Shown in pieces: positions 7,541-10,059 of a DNA stretch of 10,059 bases. Made by a program: the position numbers and the translations under genes. How positions within the stretch are numbered: the stretch's first letter is position 1; every line of letters starts with the position of its first letter. Under the pieces are notes generated by a model. That model made no database searches and was not told where the DNA came from. It saw nothing but the letters and a program-made list of their open reading frames with translations. The stretch is from a virus, in the UHGV virus genome UHGV-0160578; one strand, 5' to 3'.

Positions 7541-7805
7541 ATGAGCCAAAAGCCTCTGAACAACGCTTGCTGAGTTGCTCAACCTGCGCGTTTAAATCAG
7601 CAAAAGACTTTGCGCTTCCGGTCAGAATATCGTGATGCATCAGGCCGGAAACGAGCTGGCTTAATTTCGGGTAATAACCAACCACCGCCAGCCATTCCTG
7701 ACCGGCGTTTTTACCGCTTTCAGCTCTCTTTTTCTCGTGGAGAATAAACTGAAAGCTGTCACTGGTAACGACATAACGTTCGCCAATTTCAATACGAATA
7801 CTCAT
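7530..7805 (-). CDS. Hypothetical early-operon protein (P2 orf83-like position), 91 aa
   Basis: ORF 7530..7805 (-). ATG overlaps the stop of the upstream TraR-like gene (ATGA); GGAG RBS upstream. Sits immediately upstream of A and overlaps it by 11 nt. Confidence 0.68.
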   Translation of the reverse strand: MSIRIEIGERYVVTSDSFQFILHEKKRAESGKNAGQEWLAVVGYYPKLSQLVSGLMHHDILTGSAKSFADLNAQVEQLSKRCSEAFGSYGR

Positions 7806-8026
7806 GCCGTTCTCCGGTAATGTTTGTTTTTTGCTTCAAAGACTGACTGACAGGAAACACAACGCGTGGCTGACGGATAAGCCGCACGACGGGCAGCAGG
7901 TATTGGCGCGTCACACTCTTCGCAAACCAGCGCAGAAGCACCGCAATGTTTTACCCTTGCCGCGTTAATCTGGCGCTCCAGTAATTCAGCCTGTTGTTCC
8001 TGAATAAAATCTACGTTGTCCGGCAT
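7802..8026 (-). CDS. TraR/DksA-family C4 zinc-finger protein (P2 orf82-like)
   Basis: 74 aa with CEEC...CVSC four-cysteine motif near the C-terminus, typical of TraR/DksA C4 zinc fingers. Start overlaps the upstream stop (TAATG); AAGGAA RBS. Confidence 0.78.
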   Translation of the reverse strand: MPDNVDFIQEQQAELLERQINAARVKHCGASALVCEECDAPIPAARRAAYPSATRCVSCQSVFEAKNKHYRRTA

Positions 8027-8328
8027 TACCAGTTCCTTTTGTCGTTAAGGTTTTTAAATTCATCAGCGCAATAGCTGGCAATTTCTGTCGTTAATTTCGT
8101 CAGTTCATCCACGGAGGAGATTTGCTTGTGAAATACAGCGCGTTTAACAAGTAAATTGACCACATCAGACAGGAGATTTAATTCGTTCTGATAAATCGCG
8201 ATAACAGACTCAGTTATTTCGCGTTTTTCTTTATCAAGACCAAGTTGAATAAGAGATAAATCGCCATTTTTCATAACGGCGATTTTTAAGGCGTTATTCA
8301 GTAATACAACTGAACGAGAACAGGACAT
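8026..8328 (-). CDS. Hypothetical 100-aa protein, AT-rich insert in early operon
   Basis: ORF 8026..8331 (-); ATG at 8328 overlaps the upstream stop (TGATG) with GGAGG RBS; its own stop overlaps the TraR-like start (TAATG). Roughly 37% GC against a roughly 55% GC background. No recognisable domain. Confidence 0.65.
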   Translation of the reverse strand: MSCSRSVVLLNNALKIAVMKNGDLSLIQLGLDKEKREITESVIAIYQNELNLLSDVVNLLVKRAVFHKQISSVDELTKLTTEIASYCADEFKNLNDKRNW

Positions 8329-8552
8329 CAAAGCACCTCCCCGCGAGACAATCCGATATTGTGAAATTTTTCCGACTCCTGACTGAGCAGCTCGACTATC
8401 TCCACGCGGGATAACTCCGCCTTTGTGATGTGGCGAATCATGGCGTCAAGATGAGAAGAAAAGCGCGTCGCTGCGTCGGCCTGTGCTTCGGTTCTGGCCT
8501 GTTGCAGCAGTAATGCGTATTTACCGCACTGATTTTCAGAAACTGTATGCAT
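8328..8552 (-). CDS. Hypothetical early-operon protein (P2 orf80-like position), 74 aa
   Basis: ORF with ATG at 8552 and GGAG RBS about 8 nt upstream; sits between B and the downstream early genes. Confidence 0.62.
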   Translation of the reverse strand: MHTVSENQCGKYALLLQQARTEAQADAATRFSSHLDAMIRHITKAELSRVEIVELLSQESEKFHNIGLSRGEVL

Positions 8553-8574
8553 GACTTTCTCCAGGCAAAAAGAA

Positions 8575-8598
8575 GCCCCGCACGATTAAGTGCGTTAA
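8575..8598 (-). terminator. Weak hairpin / possible attenuator between B and the next early gene
   Basis: Minus-strand RNA CGCAC-UUAAUC-GUGCG (5-bp stem) followed by GGGCUUCUUUUUG. Short stem, so weak. Confidence 0.2.
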
Positions 8599-8615
8599 AA
8601 ACTCGGGTTAATTAC

Positions 8616-9116
8616 TTAATGCAGATATTGCTCTGGTTTTACCGACGTCAGAATTGTCGGTGCATACTCAAACAGACTGAATAATTCACGTAATGCACGG
8701 AATAAAGCATCACGCCAGTAACATGACTCTTCATTAATTCGCCAGTATGGCTGGTTGAATTCTTTTTCAGTCAATCCGGCATGCATAAATAAAGTACGAC
8801 GCTGACTGACTGTTAAAAAACTAATATATGCATACTCACTTGCGCCAACCTGACGGCGTTTTGAGAATGCCCCACGCAATTCATCAATTGCACAAACCAG
8901 CCGTTCACGTTCGACGTCGTTCATTTCTTCAAAACGCATCGTTGCGTGACGCTGTTTTAACTGCGCATGAAAGCAAACCGTTAACCGTTCGCGCTCCATC
9001 ATCTGATTATAATAATCACATGTATCCTGCCAGCGAGGGACGGCCAGATGCTTACCAATTATCCGGCGCATAGTTGCTGGCTGTTTTTCGACGAGATTGA
9101 GCGTCATCACTGTCAT
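8616..9116 (-). CDS. B: Replication protein B (helicase-loader-like, P2 gpB family)
   Basis: 166 aa, same length as P2 gpB. N-terminus MTVMTLNLVEKQPA as recalled. Start overlaps the stop of the upstream small ORF (ATGA). Confidence 0.88.
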   Translation of the reverse strand: MTVMTLNLVEKQPATMRRIIGKHLAVPRWQDTCDYYNQMMERERLTVCFHAQLKQRHATMRFEEMNDVERERLVCAIDELRGAFSKRRQVGASEYAYISFLTVSQRRTLFMHAGLTEKEFNQPYWRINEESCYWRDALFRALRELFSLFEYAPTILTSVKPEQYLH

Positions 9117-9283
9117 TTCCAGACCCTCCGGCTTTTCAGAAAGGTCAGAGCCTTTTTTAACGGACTCTGTTTTTTGGTGCGGATAATGATTCCCTTGCGA
9201 CCCTTCCCGTGGGTGATGGTGAAGTCAATCGCCCTGGGGCTTTCGTTACGCAGTAACTGAGCAATACAACGCGGCTCATTCAT
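9113..9283 (-). CDS. Small hypothetical basic protein (P2 orf78-like position), about 56 aa
   Basis: ORF 9113..9310 (-). In-frame ATG at 9283 lies 2 nt after the cox stop; its stop overlaps the B start (ATGA). Alternative ATG at 9310 would overlap cox by 25 nt and lacks an RBS. Confidence 0.45.
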   Translation of the reverse strand: MNEPRCIAQLLRNESPRAIDFTITHGKGRKGIIIRTKKQSPLKKALTFLKSRRVWK

Positions 9284-9285
9284 AA

Positions 9286-9558
9286 TCACAACCCCATCCA
9301 CAAAAGCCATGCATCACGCTGTTCAACCGGTCGGTTATAAAACGCCTCACGTACAGCGCGATTAAACTCAGGAATGAAAACCCATTTTTCACCGGCACGA
9401 GCCTTCGGTTTGCAAGGATCACGCAATTCAATAATTGGTAATTTATTTGCCTTCACCATTTCACTGACGGCTGTCTTTGGCTTCCCTAATAAATCAGCAA
9501 ATTTATCCACATGAACCGCATCAAGCGGATACTGAATCACATAATTTTCAGCGTCCAT
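9286..9558 (-). CDS. cox: Cox-like excisionase / early-promoter regulator
   Basis: About 90 aa, first gene of the early operon. C-terminal pattern ...AGEKWVFIPEFN...RPVEQRDAWLLWMGL resembles P2 Cox (...AGEYWVY.P.WN...RP.E.RDGWLMWLGL). ATG at 9558 has a GAGGG RBS 9 nt upstream. Confidence 0.78.
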   Translation of the reverse strand: MDAENYVIQYPLDAVHVDKFADLLGKPKTAVSEMVKANKLPIIELRDPCKPKARAGEKWVFIPEFNRAVREAFYNRPVEQRDAWLLWMGL

Positions 9559-9694
9559 ATATGGTACCCTCATAGGATCCAGCCCTTTCTAAACCACTCA
9601 AAACCGTTTAGACGCTGGTTTATTCTCAAATCAATGGAACCTATATAGGTTCCAGTTTTGAGGGAATTTAGTCCCTATATAGGCACCATGTCAA
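9559..9694. promoter_or_regulatory. Immunity switch region: early promoter Pe (leftward), repressor promoter Pc (rightward) and operator repeats
   Basis: Minus strand has a perfect -35 TTGACA (9689-9694) and a -10-like TAAATT (9665-9670) at 18-bp spacing, aimed at cox. Two copies of palindromic CCTATATAGG (9640-9649, 9674-9683) flank this -10; the first lies within the perfect 18-bp palindrome GGAACCTATATAGGTTCC (9636-9653). Confidence 0.6.
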
Positions 9695-9988
9695 ATGAAA
9701 TTAAGCGAAAAGATTAAGGCCTTGCGTGAGGCTGAAGGGCTAAGCCAATCAAAATTCTGTGAAATCATAGAGTTACCGCTAAGCACACTTAAAAAATATG
9801 AAGGAGGAAACTTTGAACCCGGTGGCACAGCTTTGCTAAAAATCACTATGCATCCCACATTCCAAAAATATGCTCTATGGCTTATGACAGATAAAACCGC
9901 GCCGGACGCAGGACAAATCGCACCGGCTCTCGCGCACATTGGGCCAGAGTCAACAGAGTCCAACCACTCCGCGAAAAGGATTGGCTAA
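9695..9988 (+). CDS. C: Immunity repressor (P2 C-like)
   Basis: 97 aa, divergent from cox. C-terminal region KYALWLMTDKTAPDAGQIAPALAHIG resembles P2 C (KYTLWFMTNQIAPESGQIAPALAHFG as recalled); N-terminal region differs, so a distinct immunity type. Weak or absent SD. Confidence 0.78.
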   Translation: MKLSEKIKALREAEGLSQSKFCEIIELPLSTLKKYEGGNFEPGGTALLKITMHPTFQKYALWLMTDKTAPDAGQIAPALAHIGPESTESNHSAKRIG

Positions 9989-10059
9989 CTCTATATAAAG
10001 ATTACATTTTCACCATTTGCTACCAAGATGGTGAATACAGCGCCGGAGGGCTTTCTTAT

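Larger units (their letters stand above)
1..10059. mobile_element. P2-like temperate phage / prophage segment spanning the cos junction (late head genes O-P-Q, cos, accessory locus, early replication operon, immunity region)
   Basis: Gene order and sizes match P2: O(-), P 590 aa, Q 344 aa, cos 19-mer, A 761 aa, B 166 aa, cox about 90 aa, C about 97 aa. P2 old/tin are absent, so this is a P2 relative rather than P2 itself. Confidence 0.85.

Noticed and set aside
8828-9260. Plus-strand ORFs 8828..9073 and 9048..9260 antisense to B and the small orf78-like gene
   Set aside because: Antisense to a well-supported operon with overlapping start/stop codons; no start signals.
9687-9713. Short ATG-initiated frame (MSNEIKRKD) just upstream of and out of frame with the C start
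   Set aside because: Only 9 codons before a stop; the 97-aa frame from ATG 9695 carries the recognisable repressor C-terminal region.
9691-9963. 90-aa minus-strand ORF antisense to repressor gene C
   Set aside because: Fully overlaps the C gene; would have to be transcribed through the immunity promoters in the wrong direction.
1-10059. CRISPR arrays, tRNA/rRNA genes, IS elements, or the P2 old and tin genes
   Set aside because: No regularly spaced direct repeats, no tRNA-like or rRNA-like sequence, no transposase-like ORF or terminal inverted repeats; no ORF of the size of Old (about 586 aa) or Tin (about 252 aa) exists between A and cos.

Overview
The window reads as a segment of a P2-like (Peduovirus-type) temperate phage or prophage, in reverse orientation to the standard P2 map. 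Left to right: capsid scaffold gene O (minus, complete), a divergent late-promoter region, terminase ATPase P and portal Q (plus, overlapping TGATG), a clean rho-independent terminator, a CA-rich tract and the 19-nt cos cohesive-end sequence. Then comes a compositionally foreign accessory locus (3912-5255) at the position where P2 carries its old/tin anti-phage genes; here it holds three different minus-strand genes: an AT-rich 139-aa protein with an R-x4-H (HEPN-like) motif, a 68-aa ORF, and an ASCH/DUF3850 protein translationally coupled to replication gene A. After that the early operon runs on the minus strand (A with HUH motif and internal ori nick site, orf83-like, TraR/DksA zinc finger, an AT-rich 100-aa insert, orf80-like, B, a small ORF, cox), followed by the Pe/Pc immunity switch with two palindromic CCTATATAGG operator repeats and the C repressor (plus). 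Family assignments rest on recalled P2 protein sequences, sizes and gene order; no database search was possible. The best candidate for an undescribed system is the cos-proximal accessory locus, especially the AT-rich HEPN-like gene.
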